Positions 1 through 12,874 of a DNA stretch of 64,000 nucleotides are shown here, in pieces. Positions within the stretch are counted from its first letter, which is position 1. Each line of letters opens with the position of its first letter. The stretch is from Adineta vaga. Taxonomy: Eukaryota; Animalia; Rotifera. The stretch lies in assembly GCA_021613535.1 (NCBI GenBank), contig CP075495.1:9610001-9674000 (forward strand), in the 5' to 3' direction. The position numbers and the translations under genes are program-made. Below the pieces are notes generated by a model. The model was not told the origin of the DNA. It ran no database searches and saw only the letters and a list, made by a program, of their open reading frames with translations.

Positions 1-1052
1 AATGAACATAGTGATAAAATCGAAACATTTTCAATTGATAATCGTAATCAAGGAAAACTAACACTGAAAAATACAATTGCATCAATTGGAGATACGCCAT
101 GTGCATTAGATATTGATCCATCAGGACAATGGTTGCTTGTATCCAAGTACATATAATTGATAATCTATTATTAGAGAAAAAAAAACTTCATATTTTAACA
201 ATATATTTTATTTTAGTTATGGTGATAAAGGTACATCGAATTTCGTTTCTTTTCCATTGAATAATTCGAAATATCCCGAAGAAAAAGGTGTCCAAATAAC
301 AACCATCGAAGGAAATGGTCCACATCCTAGTCGTCAACAACATTCATATTGTCATCATGTATTATTTCATCAAAATCATCTCTATGTCGTTGATTTGGGT
401 TCAGATACACTGAGTGTCTATCATTTTGATGGTAAAAATGGCAAGGTTAATTTAGTTCATAATCGAACAAAAACAGAAGCAGGCGCTGGTCCACGACATA
501 TACTTTTCCATCCCACTAAACCATTCGCATTTGTATGTAATGAATTAAATTCGACAACAAATGTCTACCGCTGCGATTCTTCGTCCGGTCAACTAGAACA
601 TCTTCAAACGATACAAACTCGACGAGAAAAAGATCAAAACGGTATTATCAATGAAAGCTTTGAGACATCAAATTTAAAGTATTATTTTCTCATTCTATTA
701 TTCTATAGATTCAACTAAAGAAAACTATACAGCTGAATTACAATTTACACCAGATAACAAATATTTACTTGTATCGAATCGTGGAGATGAAAATCTAGTG
801 ATATTCAATGTAAATGAAAATGCTGAAAATGAAATTCTAACCATCAAAGAACATCTTGATTGTCATGGTTCATTTACACGATATTTCACTTTCGATCCAA
901 CAGGAACATTTCTTCTAGTTGCCAATCAAAAATCAAATAATTTAATATGTTTTTCATATAATCGTGAGAATGGTACATATACATTTGTGTCTCAATTGGA
1001 TAACATTCAAAGTCCTCAACATATTGTTTTCCTCAACGACACATCGGCGTAA
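1..1052 (+). CDS. 6-phosphogluconolactonase / lactonase family beta-propeller (YbhE/Pgl-like), 5' truncated by the window; HGT candidate
   Basis: Spliced exons (~1-146, 217-641, 710-1052) give GDTPCALDIDPSGQWLLVSNY, GPHPSRQQHSYCH, YVVDLGSD, GAGPRHILFHP, FVCNELNST, LLVSNRG, FTFDPTGTFLLVANQKSN, which are hallmark motifs of the lactonase 7-bladed propeller. Confidence 0.9.
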
Positions 1053-1611
1053 TCATTTTCATAATAATCAAATGAAAATAATTGTAGATGAATTTAGTTC
1101 GAACCTTTCTATGTATAAGTTAGATATACAAATATTCATTAGTGTGATTATGATCGATTTTAACAAAATATGAATTTTAGTTAGTAAAAATAAAATACTA
1201 TACAAACGTTTTAGAATCCATGAATTAAAGACAAAATCCTGATAATATTGGCCCAATTTTTTTTTCAAATAAAGGATCCAGTAGAATACAAGATTATTCG
1301 TCTATGGAAAAGCTGTTAAACTCAAAAACTAATGAACAATCAATAAATCACATATTTCTTGTATTTTATTCAAAGCTGGCACAGTTTTTTTCTATAAATA
1401 GATAGAGTTTAGTATTAAACAATTAGAAGTATATTATGCTTGTACCAATAGAATTATAAATAGATCAGTGAATATTCAATGATATATGAAGTTTTTATTC
1501 CGAAAAAGAGAAAGATAAATACTGAACATCAAATGCTAAGATCACTTTCACTAAAATACTTTTGAATTAAAACACATTTTTATTTTGAAAATTGTTATCC
1601 TCATTTCAATT

Positions 1612-2503
1612 CTAGAACAGTTTTCCATGCTGGTCTTGATGTAATTCTATCCCACCATTTTTTAACATTTGGTCGAGATTCAAAGAGATTACCTTCACCA
1701 AGTTTAACAAGCCATGTACCATATGGTAAATGGAAAAGATCAGCCAAGCTGAATTCCTGTACAAAAACCAAATAGTCAATATTATACTAAAAAAGACTAA
1801 ATAGTTTGCTTTCACTTACGTTTCCAGCTAAATATTGTTGTTTTGATAAAATTTTCTCATAAACATCTAATTTTGCATTTAGCTGTTCTTTCAATGATGC
1901 GACTTTTGTTTCATCAGCTTCGCCAAGTCCTTTCATTCTATTTTCAATATAAATAGTAAACGTAGAAATAGTGTTGAAAATAAATTCATTGAATTTACTT
2001 TTTGAAAGCTCGTTCAAAGACAATCATACTAGCAGATGGATCAAAATACGATGTTTCTATTGATGCAGCTTGTTCAAAAAGGCCTTGAGCAGCGGCATCT
2101 TTACTTGGAATTAATTCTGTACCTTTGCCTTTATATTTAATTTCCAAATAACGACAAATAGCACGTGATTCTATTTGTAAGTAAAACGAGAAAAAAAATC
2201 ATTTTTATCGAAATTAAATCAAATTTATTTAAACAAACCATAAATTTTGAATCCATCTTCATCAACGAGAACAGGAATAACACCGAATGGTTGTTTTTCT
2301 TCAAGATATTTTGGTGACTAAAAATGAAAGAGAGAATATTTAAAAAAAAAACGTCTATTTTCTATATATAAACAACTCACTTTATGTTCACCACCCATAA
2401 AATCGACAGTAATCAATTCATATTTAAGTCCCTTTTCAGTTAATGTAGTTAGTACACGTTGTGTACATGTTGACATAGCTAAACCATAGACTTTAATCGG
2501 CAT
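1612..2503 (-). CDS. Glutathione S-transferase, Phi-class-like (plant/fungal/bacterial type), 5 exons
   Basis: MPIKVYGLAMSTCTQRVLTTLTEKG...VDFMGGEHK|SPKYLEEKQPFGVIPVLVDEDGF..YESRAICRYLE...KLDVYEKILSKQQYLAG..FSLADLFHLP...PNVKKWWDRITSRPAWK; GT-AG introns. Confidence 0.88.
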
Positions 2504-2603
2504 TTTTATATTTTCTTCACGATGTGTTTGTTGTGTAGACAGAAATGAAATAGTATGAACTACATCACAGACGAGATGCTTATATATAGTCGAGCAATAA
2601 AAC

Positions 2604-2785
2604 TGCCATGTCATTCGCGTACGCACTGTAAATTGTTTGGTGACATACGAGGAGAACGCGACAAAAAATGCTACGTCACCTTTTTTTCCCCAGTCACACA
2701 AGAAGAAAAATATCTTCTAATGCAATACATAGTGACAACTTTCGTGGTTTTTCAAGCATACATGCATGGTGGTGATGACGATGCA
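2604..2785. promoter_or_regulatory. Three antioxidant response elements (RTGACnnnGCA) upstream of the GST
   Basis: ATGACATGGCA (minus, 2604-2614), GTGACGTAGCA (minus, 2669-2679), ATGACGATGCA (plus, 2775-2785); TATA-like TATATA at ~2580-2588. Confidence 0.7.
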
Positions 2786-3082
2786 CATTTTCACGTGGAC
2801 GCATTGACTTTTCAGTTCAGAAACACAAGATAAAAGAATACAACGTACTGCATATATTCGACGTATTATTTTTCGATAATATTAAGATAAATAGTTGAAT
2901 ACAATCATTTCTATATATGTTCTACAAGAGAATAATTTGAAGAATAAACTTTTTTGTCAATCGATTAATTATCTAGGCAATGCTTGTCAGAATATTTCAA
3001 ATCATAATCAAAAATATAAAATATTCCTTTTTTCAAGCGCTTTTCTTGTTGATTCATCTATTTTTTCCAGTTGAATTTCGAT

Positions 3083-4158
3083 ATGCCTAACTTAACATCA
3101 TATCATGCATCACCTATTCATTTATATCGTGAGCTTCCAAAGACATATTGTGATTTAATTCGACATGAAACTGATTATATTCATTTTCTTCGTACACGTA
3201 TTGCTCATATACATTCTTCATTATCTCACACGAATCGAAAAGTTTCCAAGCAAACAAATCCTATTTCTCAACGAAAACATTTTGATCATAATCAACGTTT
3301 ATTCGATGTATATCGATATAATTTAAAGTTATGCAAGAAAATCCTTCAAATTTGGACAAATGATGGTGCACAGAAAGGTGGTGTTGATTGTCATAATGAA
3401 AATTATCAACAGAAAATCAAAATTTCTCATTTTCGTTTACGACAAAAACAATGCAAAGATAAAATCGAACGAGAAAATAAACGATTTATTCATTCTCTAA
3501 TGTAAACAGTACTTTTTTCATTGAAACAAGCATTGTAGTTGATTATTGTTTTAGATATCATCGGAAAATATATCAACCAAATCACGATCGTGCTATTACA
3601 CAACAATCGTTCAAAAGACATTTAAAATTGCGCGAATCAATGTCTCAATATCCTAAATACGTTATAATGAACCCTCTTCATAGAAACCTTCTTGATTATA
3701 ATAATTTGCCTGAACATATTTATCACAACTTCAGTCAATTTTATAATTCGAATCCAAAATTTTCATTACAAACTCACTGTCAAACATTACCACGTTCATA
3801 TCATTCGAGGAAACTAAAACCTCAACCGTTGAAAACTCTAGTTAATAAACATATCAAAACAAATGCACCACCGACATATGTGGAAAATGTTTTACGACAA
3901 ACAATCAATGATGCAATTCATATCTGTAAAATTGAAATAGATACATATTGATCTATTCTTAATATTGTTTCAGATAATCAACCACATTCATTATCATCAT
4001 CATCATCATCAAAGTATGAAAGATCAAAATATTCTACAAATGATCCATGGTTAAAGTCATGTATGACTCAACAACCTAAACTTACTCGATCGATTTCATG
4101 TCGTCAGTTACTTAAACCTTGGCATACTATAAAATCATCAGAAATCGACATCTTTTGA
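3083..4158 (+). CDS. Uncharacterised basic protein, weak CFAP97/Hemingway-like segment, 3 exons
   Basis: ORFs 3071-3505 and 3628-3951 joined by an intron; a further 48-nt intron 3926-3973 extends the frame to a stop at 4158; GGVDCHN...RLRQKQCKDKIERENKRFIHSL resembles the CFAP97 IEREN motif. Confidence 0.5.
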
Positions 4159-4560
4159 AAATACATTCACAAAAAGAAGTACAAAATCAGACTTGTTTGA
4201 TGTTATCATAAATAAATTATACTCAATAGTTTTTAATCTCCGAATATTTTCTCACTTTTATGTTCAGTAAGATATAACAAATCAAAATGCACGTAGCATT
4301 CATTTTGCAAAAAAATATTGTTCAAATAGTCTAGACCAGTTAAGTAAAAAAATCGAAATATTTTTATAGGATTGAATTAGTCTTGAATACAATTATTTGA
4401 GTAAGCTTATTAATCTAATAGAAAGTATGATTACAAGGATAATATTTGTAATTCTAATTCTTTATACATTATATTAATATGATTGATACAAAACATTTTC
4501 AAGATGAAATGCTTACATATAAAATAAGAAATACTTGTGAATCAACTGTATCCATCATGA

Positions 4561-4850
4561 TCACACAAAGCTATATGTATAAATGTATCCAGCAAAGATT
4601 GGAGTGTCACTTGTCGGATAGATCTACGTAATCGATAAAATACGGGAAAATTCGATACACCTTCTGTAATAACTCTGATATCGTTCATGTATATTCGTGT
4701 TGATATTCAAACACCACTAATCATACTAAAAATTGATAGTAATAATGACATAGTACGATGTCGTTTTGATAATAAGACTATTGAATCTTTTGCTGTTTGT
4801 CTACCAAATTCACTTCCGAATGGAAGTTATTATATCTTCGAGTTGTACAT
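4561..4850 (+). pseudogene. Remnant of a secreted Sib/integrin-beta-like repeat family gene
   Basis: Frame 1 reads DWSVTCRIDLRNR*NTGKFDTPSV...IDSNNDIVRCRF..E...VC with an in-frame TAA at 4636-4638; no intact flanking exons seen. Confidence 0.45.
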
Positions 4851-5615
4851 TGTTCATTACTGGTGCTACGGTCAGTGATTTGTATGCTTTTACTATACAG
4901 GTATGTCTTAGCAAACAAGATGCATAATTATCATACCATAGACAGTCAAAAGATTTATCAAGTTATTCTCGAAAATTTAGATTGTACTATTGGCGTTACT
5001 TTGTTCTGTATTTTCTTGTTCGCTATTGTAGTAAATTACAATTAGATGATGCAATTTACAGCTCGATTCTTATTTTGTTTTGTAATTTTATTTCTATAGT
5101 GGTTTAGAAATACTGCGTCCAAGAGATTCAACACCAAGAATTTCATCAAGCTGAAATATCATCAACTGATTCGATGTACGAAAACAAATGAACCATACAC
5201 TTGAATACAGTGTTGCTATTGTTTTTCTTGTCTGATTAATTTCCATTTCCATTTCCATTAAAATATTGCTGTTTCTCTAATGGAAGTTCTATTCAAATTC
5301 CATGTATAAACTTAGAGGTTTTAATGTTTAAGTTTCTATAAGAATTGGTTCTATTTATCATCACCATCTGTCGTGCTTATATTACTATTCGTTAGAATAA
5401 AAGAACCATTCATTCATGCATATATATTGCTATCGATTATAAGATTCATATATTCTTTCATAGAAATCAAACTGGAAAAAACATATCTATCAGTGATATA
5501 TATACACTCATTGACCTGTTCCGGAAATGTGATTCATTTGATTTTTCAAAAAAATATTCACACATTTATAGTAAAATATTTTTAAATAGTTTTTGTTTTT
5601 TAGTTTTTAGATAAC

Positions 5616-7121
5616 ATGCCGGAACTACCTGGTAAGATAATGAGTTTACAGAATAGATTTCGGAGAAAACTATTTTTTTTAGAAGTAGAATATGCTCGTC
5701 GATTGCTAGCTCGATTTTTAATTCATACACATATATCCAAAGTTTCTTATCCCGATGCAGATGGTCTATCAAAACGATTTATGAATTGTACACCGAATAC
5801 ATTTGCTGATGGATTAGTTAATCGTAAAATAGTAGATATAAAACGACATGGAAAATATTTATGGTTTGAAATGGCCGATCAAAAACCTTTAACGCCCATT
5901 TTTCATTTTGGAATGTCAGGAGGTTTTCGTATTAAATCAGCACCTGATGTAACTTATCTCAAAGAACTTAAACTTGTTAAACGAAAAGCAAAAAATGAAA
6001 TCGATGGACAATGTGAATCGTTTGTTTATGGTAATTATTTTTGTTAGATTAACAACTAGAAGAAGAAAAACAAAACATTTCAGCTTTACTAAGATATATT
6101 TTCGACTGATTTAGATGATGAACTAGATGCGGATTTAACATGGCCACCTCGTTTTACACGTATGCGTCTTTTAACATCAACTGGGCATGATGTATGTTAT
6201 ACAGATCTTCGTAAATTCGGACGTTTTCATTTAGTTGAATCGAATTCACCTCTTTCATGTCTTCCATTATCGAAATTAGGATTCGATCCTTATCTTGAAA
6301 TGCCAAAATTGAATGATTTCAAAGATTTAATTGATTCATATCGATCAAAATCTATCGAACTGAAAGCACTCTTACTTGATCAAACATTTTGTGCTGGTAT
6401 TGGTAATTGGATAGCTGATGAAATACTTTATCAATCACAATTACATCCACGTAAACGATTGAATACATTAAACGATGAACAAGTAAAACTTTTACATAAA
6501 AATATTGATTATGTTATTCGTACAGCAGTTGATGCTGGTGGAAGTCATAAATTTCCACCAGAATGGTTATTTCATTTTCGATGGACTAATAAACGAGAAA
6601 CAGTAGATTATTATAAATTGAAAATTCAATTTGATACTGTCGGTGGACGTACATCAGCTTATGTACCACAACGACAAATTTTATCGAATGATGAACAACA
6701 ACAAGTGGATGTTCGATTAGCTGCGCGTGATGCAAAACGAGCAAGTAAAAAGAAAACGAACGATGATGATGATGATGAGCATTCACATGATGATCAGGAA
6801 AATGGTAAAAGGAATTTGAAGATCTTCAATATTTGTATTAGTTTTTTTTTGTATAACTATAGAAAAATCAATTGTTTCTGCACGTTCAAAACGATTAACA
6901 AGAAAACGAAGTAAACAAAAAATGGTTGAAACTGGTTAATATTTTATATGATGTTTTTCCATCGAATTGCGTGTTACTTTTCTATTACTTTAGAATCGGA
7001 AGAGGATGAAATACCATCATCACCACTCGCCAAAAAGAGATCATCGTCTGAAGTTTCGAGTGCTCTTTCGAATCGACCTCAACGAGCATGTAAACAAAAA
7101 CCAATTAATTATCATGTGTGA
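5616..7121 (+). CDS. fpg: Formamidopyrimidine-DNA glycosylase, fungal/plant zinc-less-finger type, 5 exons
   Basis: MPELP|EVE N-terminus across intron 5632-5682, RHGKYLW, HFGMSG, WPPRF, YTDLRKFGR, H2TH LLDQTFCAGIGNWIADEILYQSQLHP, FPPEWLFHFRW, TVGGRTSAYVP, no Cys4 zinc finger. Confidence 0.93.
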
Positions 7122-7847
7122 TACAGTTTTTCTTTTTTTAAATTCTTATGATTGTCTATTTTGTTGTTATTTAATTGTGTTATGTATATTTTTGGTTATT
7201 CTCGATGTTAATAGAAAATTCTAGACGATGGAAATCGATGAAACTAATTTCTTCATTAATTTGATCTTTTTTTCTCTCTCACTCACTTGAAAATCTGTTA
7301 AATATGATTGCAAGAATTACCCATTATTATTATCGCGAAAAGAATGTCTCCGTTTTTTTATTCAAATGGTTTGCTGGTTTTTGAAACAGTTATTCAAAAC
7401 GACGCTATTTTTTAAGTACTTTTACGAGGAACAAAACGATTGTAAAACATGAATCTATCATGCAATTATTATATTTTCTATTTATTCGTATAGTACAGAG
7501 TACTAGTGTACATCTTCATTCCTGTAATACAGATAGATTAGAAATTATAAAATTAATCCAATCCGATCCGTGTACATAGTGACATCTTATATCTTATACT
7601 GCATAGATATTTTGCGAGCACTACCATCATGTCTGTTCTGTCAACCTCTTATTCTATTTCTAAGTTCTGTCTGTCTCTTTTGTTAGCAGCTGTACCTATA
7701 CTCTATACATCGACCGATCGTCCGTCCGTTTTTATCCTTTCTCTCACTCACCGATGATCTTTCTATGGTTAATAATTGCTCGAACTCGACTACCTTTCTT
7801 TCATTTTTAGATCTCATCCCATCCTGTCTCTTAAACAAACGAAAAAT

Positions 7848-10069
7848 ATGGTGCAAAATAGTCCCACCCCATTTGATGTAAGAGATTTTCCCTTTATGTC
7901 AAACAAATACTTTATCTTATTATTTAATTAGGTGGGCCGAGCATTCGTTCATCAGTATTATACACTATTACATCAAGCACCTCATATGCTTCATCGGTAA
8001 TCGTCATTTATATTCTTTCATATTCACACATGTTTATTTCTACTTTCAAATAAATAGATTTTATTCTACGGATAGTACATTCATACATGGTGGTGTAGAT
8101 CGACCAGGTTCTGTTGAACAACCAGCAGTTGGTCCTGAAACTATTTCTCAACGTATCAATGATTTGAATTTACGAGATTGTCATGCTAAAATACGTCAGG
8201 TCGATTCACATCCAACCATTGGTGATGGAGTTGTCGTTCAGGTAAGTTTTTGTTGATTGCCATCATTTATCGAATGAAATTGTTGAACATGAAACTATGC
8301 TTTCCTTTTTGCTTAGGTTACCGGTGAATTATCCAATAATGGTGATCCAATGCGTCGTTTTATGCAAACATTTGTATTGGCTCCTCGACAACCAAAGAAA
8401 TACTACGTACAAAATGATATCTTTCGTTATCAAGATGAAGTATTCGATGAGGGATCAGATGAAGTTGATGAAGATGATCGATCAGGTTCACATATTTATG
8501 GTGATACGATTTCAAATGCGGTAAATAAAGAGAAAAACAAAACATGTAAAGAATAAGATATAATGTATAATTTTGTTTTTAGGACAAGACTTCCAATGCT
8601 GATTCTTCAGTAGCACCTGTACAACAACCATTACTTGTAACAGCTAATACACGATCAACGATAGAAGATCACCAACCATTACCACCACGCGGTGCTGGCC
8701 CATCACATGGAGGTAATCAACAACAAAATAGTTCAAATCAGGTTGCTAATCGTCAACAAGAACATCAACATGTCGGTTCAGCAAACTTGTACGTTTAATT
8801 CTAAAAATTAAGTATAAAAAATAAATCCTTTTTTCTTTTAGTAATGGTTTTTCAAATACTGCTGAAACGAATAATTATAATGAACTTGCACATACGCATC
8901 TTCAACCACAACAACAAGAAACTACGCAATCAAATTCACAACCTAGCCCACGTCCAGTAAATCAGCAAGTTACTCAAGAAACTCAACAATCATTGAATGG
9001 AACCAGTGGTACAACACAACAACAGGTTAAACAAACTCAACCAACACCAATAACCGAAGGACAAAAATCGGAAGGAAGTAAGAAGATTTTTCATAGAAAT
9101 TCTTTTCAAAATTGTATCCTTTATAATCATTATCTATTTTCTATAGAATCATATGCTGGTATTGCTAAATTACATCAACCAACTGGTACACTTACAAACA
9201 CCAATGTATCATCAACATCTGCTGTACGTACTGGTCCAAATCCATCTAGTATACCATTATCAAACTCTCAACAACCAAATACGATCCGTCCACAAATGAA
9301 AGGACCACCATCAACAGCAAACAATCGACCAGCTAACAATCTTCAAACTGGTCAACGACAATATCCACAACAACGAGGTAATACTAATTATTATCAACAA
9401 AACAGTCGTGGTAATTGTTGAACTAACAATTTTTGAGCAAAATACAAATTTGATTTGTTATTTCAGGTCCTAATGTAGCAACCGCACCCAATGAACAACA
9501 AGTATTTGTTGGTTCATTACCATTGGATTTCACTGAAGAAATATTAATTGAATGTTTTTCAAAGTATGGTACTGTTATCGATGCAAAGATTCATCAACCA
9601 CTTCACGATAATAAAAAGGTTTATTCAATTAAATGAAACTGAAATATAAAAATAATCTTATTCTATTTCTTTCTTTCTTTCTTTGCATTTCAAATAGAAT
9701 TTTGGTTTCGTCGTTTTTGATAATCCAGATGTTGTTACAACACTTGTTGGCATGGAGCATATCATGTATAATGATACAATTCGTTTAAATGTTGAACCTA
9801 AAACACAGAGAAATTATCCATTAAACAATAATAATACGGGTGGTAATTTAAATAATGCAGCTCAAGGTGGTAATCGTAATAGTAATTACTCAGGAAGAGG
9901 TGGTGCTCGTGGAGGAAATCGGACATCCTATCGCGGAGGTGGCAATAATCAACGACGTGGTGGTGGTCAATTTAATAACAATTCATCATCATTCAACGGC
10001 GGAGATGAAAATAATAATGACTATCGAATTAACAAATCGCAACAACAGCAACAACAACAACCGATTTAA
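7848..10069 (+). CDS. G3BP: Ras GTPase-activating protein-binding protein (G3BP/Rasputin): NTF2 + RRM + RGG
   Basis: [67 protein letters not shown]; [11 protein letters not shown]...NFGFVVFD...RLNVEPK; RGG-rich tail. Confidence 0.95.
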
Positions 10070-10769
10070 TATAAGTAATGAACTGATGGAGATGAACGTC
10101 TGATCTCTTTTTCTTTCTTTATCCTTTCATTTCTTTTTCTGTTTCATGACCGCAAGCTTCTTGCATTCAAAACCTTTTCTTACATACCATGATAGTGAAC
10201 AGTTCTGATGATGGACGATCTTCTCTTTCACATTCATTAACTCACATACATACATTTTTTTCTTTATCACATTTTTTTGTTCGTTATTGTTACCGTTCTC
10301 TTGTTTTATACGAATTTCATATTTTGTTGGTTATCCGACATTGATTTCATGAAATGAGCGTGAGAACATCTTCTATAAAGAAAACACAATTACTGTCTTT
10401 CAATGTCATCTATTACTTTTCGTTAATCTCAACTACTCCTTTCTTTTCTTTTCTGCTCGCTTGTTTGTTTGTTTGTTTGTTCATTGTTAAAACCGCTGTC
10501 TTTTTCTTCAGATTGTTGTCATAGTTCTTTTTTTCTACATATCAAACTTACAGACATGCGCATATACACATATCTTGAACGATATGAAAAGGCAGATGGA
10601 TGAGAACGACAGACAGTTAAGTGCGAATAAAATGATGAACGTAAGGAGACGTCTATGTAAGCTCAATTTCTTTATTTTCTTTCTATTTCAAGTAATTTAA
10701 ATATCAATCATAAAAAGGATAAAATAAGAAAATCTATGTTATTGTCCTTTGGATGGAAAGTTCTACGAT

Positions 10770-11750
10770 TTATTTGTTGGATCCTTTTGAAGCTAATTCA
10801 CGTTCAATTTCTAGTGCAGGTTCGATGGCTTTGATGATACTGTCTCGTTGTTCTTCTGATGTTGGTAAAAGTGGTGTACGGGCAAGACCACCATAGCCAA
10901 GTACCTTTTGCATAGTTGATTTCAAACCCGATATTCCATTCCATCGAAAGAAAGCATGATCAGGACCGACAATACGTCGCTGAATTCGTTGAATCTCTTC
11001 CCATTGATCTTTCGAATGATTTGTATACAAATCAAACAAATGAACAAGCACACGTGGTGCAACATTAGCAAAACCTGGAACACATCCTTGTGCACCGATC
11101 GTCAGAAATGGGACAAAACTATCAGCTGAACCACTCATCAATGTAAATTGTTTTGGATCTGTATGTTCACAAACATATGCGGCTTTGCCAACATTTCCAT
11201 CTGTGCATTTGATGCCAACAATATTTGGATGAGCAGCTAATTTCACAATCGTCTCTTGAGTTGTATCCATTTGTTGAGTAACACCTGGAAAGTTATAGAT
11301 CACCACAGGTATTGGTGATTTATCAGCTACTTTTGTATAGAACGAAGTGATTACATCAGATCGATTTGATGTCCATGCAAGAAAGTAGGATGGTGGTAAG
11401 ACCATTGCATATTCTGCACCGGCTTTGGCTGCTTGTTCGATCAAGTGTATTGTTCCACGCACAGATTCTTGTGAACAACCAGCAATCAACTTTGTTTTTG
11501 ATGATGATGATGATGATTGATCGATAGCTTTTCGTGCAGTTTGAATAACGAGTTGTCGTTCATCTTCGGTGAGATGAACAGCTTCACCTGTTGAACCCAT
11601 ACAAACAATACCATGAACACCAGCTGAGCAAAGAAATTGAACATGTCGAGTGATGGTATCTACATCGACTGGTTGTTCACCATCGGGTTGATCTTGAAAG
11701 AATGTTGGAATAGGAACATAGATACCAGGTGGAAGAGCAGATGAAGCCAT
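10770..11750 (-). CDS. DHDPS/NAL-family aldolase, fungal LGA1/HOGA-like; intronless; HGT candidate
   Basis: 326-aa ORF: LPPGIYVPIPTFF, GSTGEAVHLT, VVIYNFPGVT, Schiff-base Lys in HPNIVGIKCT. Confidence 0.88.
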   Translation of the reverse strand: MASSALPPGIYVPIPTFFQDQPDGEQPVDVDTITRHVQFLCSAGVHGIVCMGSTGEAVHLTEDERQLVIQTARKAIDQSSSSSSKTKLIAGCSQESVRGTIHLIEQAAKAGAEYAMVLPPSYFLAWTSNRSDVITSFYTKVADKSPIPVVIYNFPGVTQQMDTTQETIVKLAAHPNIVGIKCTDGNVGKAAYVCEHTDPKQFTLMSGSADSFVPFLTIGAQGCVPGFANVAPRVLVHLFDLYTNHSKDQWEEIQRIQRRIVGPDHAFFRWNGISGLKSTMQKVLGYGGLARTPLLPTSEEQRDSIIKAIEPALEIERELASKGSNK

Positions 11751-12197
11751 CTTTTTTTTTCTTCTGATACGTTGTTATGATCGTCGAAACGAATGGTGAA
11801 AAGAATATAGAATATTCTTTTTTTTTTCGTTCTTTTTATCTTATCTTATCCGATTGTGTATTTAATAGGCACCTCTATTCACCTTTGATTTATATATCTA
11901 TTTGCTCGTTCTCAGTAGAGGTCATTATCATCGTCAACATTTTCATAGTTCTTTGCATCTCTTTTCTCAATGATTATCACAATTTGCAATTTTGAGTGCT
12001 TAGTTCTCTATTAAATATATGTAGAAAAAATTCAATTATGTCTCTTCCATGATTGAACGCAAGCAAGCATCTCTAATGATAGTGTGAGCAAAATCAGAAA
12101 TAGTTACATAGGAAGAAAATCGTTTAGGGAATAAGATCATAAATACATCTATAATACATATATAAATGCTGCTATGACGAAATAGAATAACTAAAGC

Positions 12198-12226
12198 AGA
12201 AGAAGAAGAAGAAGAAGAAGAAGAAG
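12198..12226 (+). repeat. (GAA)n microsatellite upstream of the bHLH gene
   Basis: About 9 perfect GAA units. Confidence 0.85.
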
Positions 12227-12315
12227 AGAGCAATAGAAAATTGAATACAAACTAAATCGTCCACTTAGCTTATACATCATTATCTACAATCACAATTGAA
12301 CAGTGTTTGTTTAAC

Positions 12316-12874
12316 ATGGCAAATAATTCTACACCTACATCACTTTGGAATTTTTCTTTACCACTTATTGTTACTCCTCCATCGAATACTAATGAACAAC
12401 AACGGGAACAGTCACCATCAGCCATTCATGGCATTGGTGGTGAACGAAAACAACGAACATTACGATTATCAATAAATGCCCGAGAACGTCGACGTATGCA
12501 TGATTTAAATGATGCTCTGGATGAATTACGTTCCGTGGTTGGTTTCTATACAAACATCTTTGGCAAGTTTTATGTTTCTAAACTTTTTCTAACTTTAGAT
12601 TCCATATGCACATTCACCATCAGTACGAAAATTAAGTAAAATTTCGACCTTATATTTAGGTAAGGTATTTTTTCATTTATACAATTGATTCTATCGAAAA
12701 GACGTATGATTTATTGCTCTAGCTAAAAATTTCATCCTTCTACAAGCACAAGCTATTGATGAACTGAAAAAATGTGTTCTCCGTGCAAGTCTTATGAATA
12801 GTCAACCTGGAACAATTCTATCACAATCCTCAGCAATGGATTTTCATAATACAGATCAATTAAATGATGGATAA
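12316..12874 (+). CDS. bHLH transcription factor, Olig/BHLHE22 (Beta3) family, 3 exons
   Basis: RLSINARERRRMHDLNDALDELRSV|IPYAHSPSVRKLSKISTLYL|AKNFILLQAQAIDELKK. Confidence 0.92.

Noticed and set aside
3949-4158. Open frame continuing after TGA 3949-3951 (readthrough or selenocysteine?)
   Set aside because: A 48-nt GT-AG intron (3926-3973) removes the stop in frame
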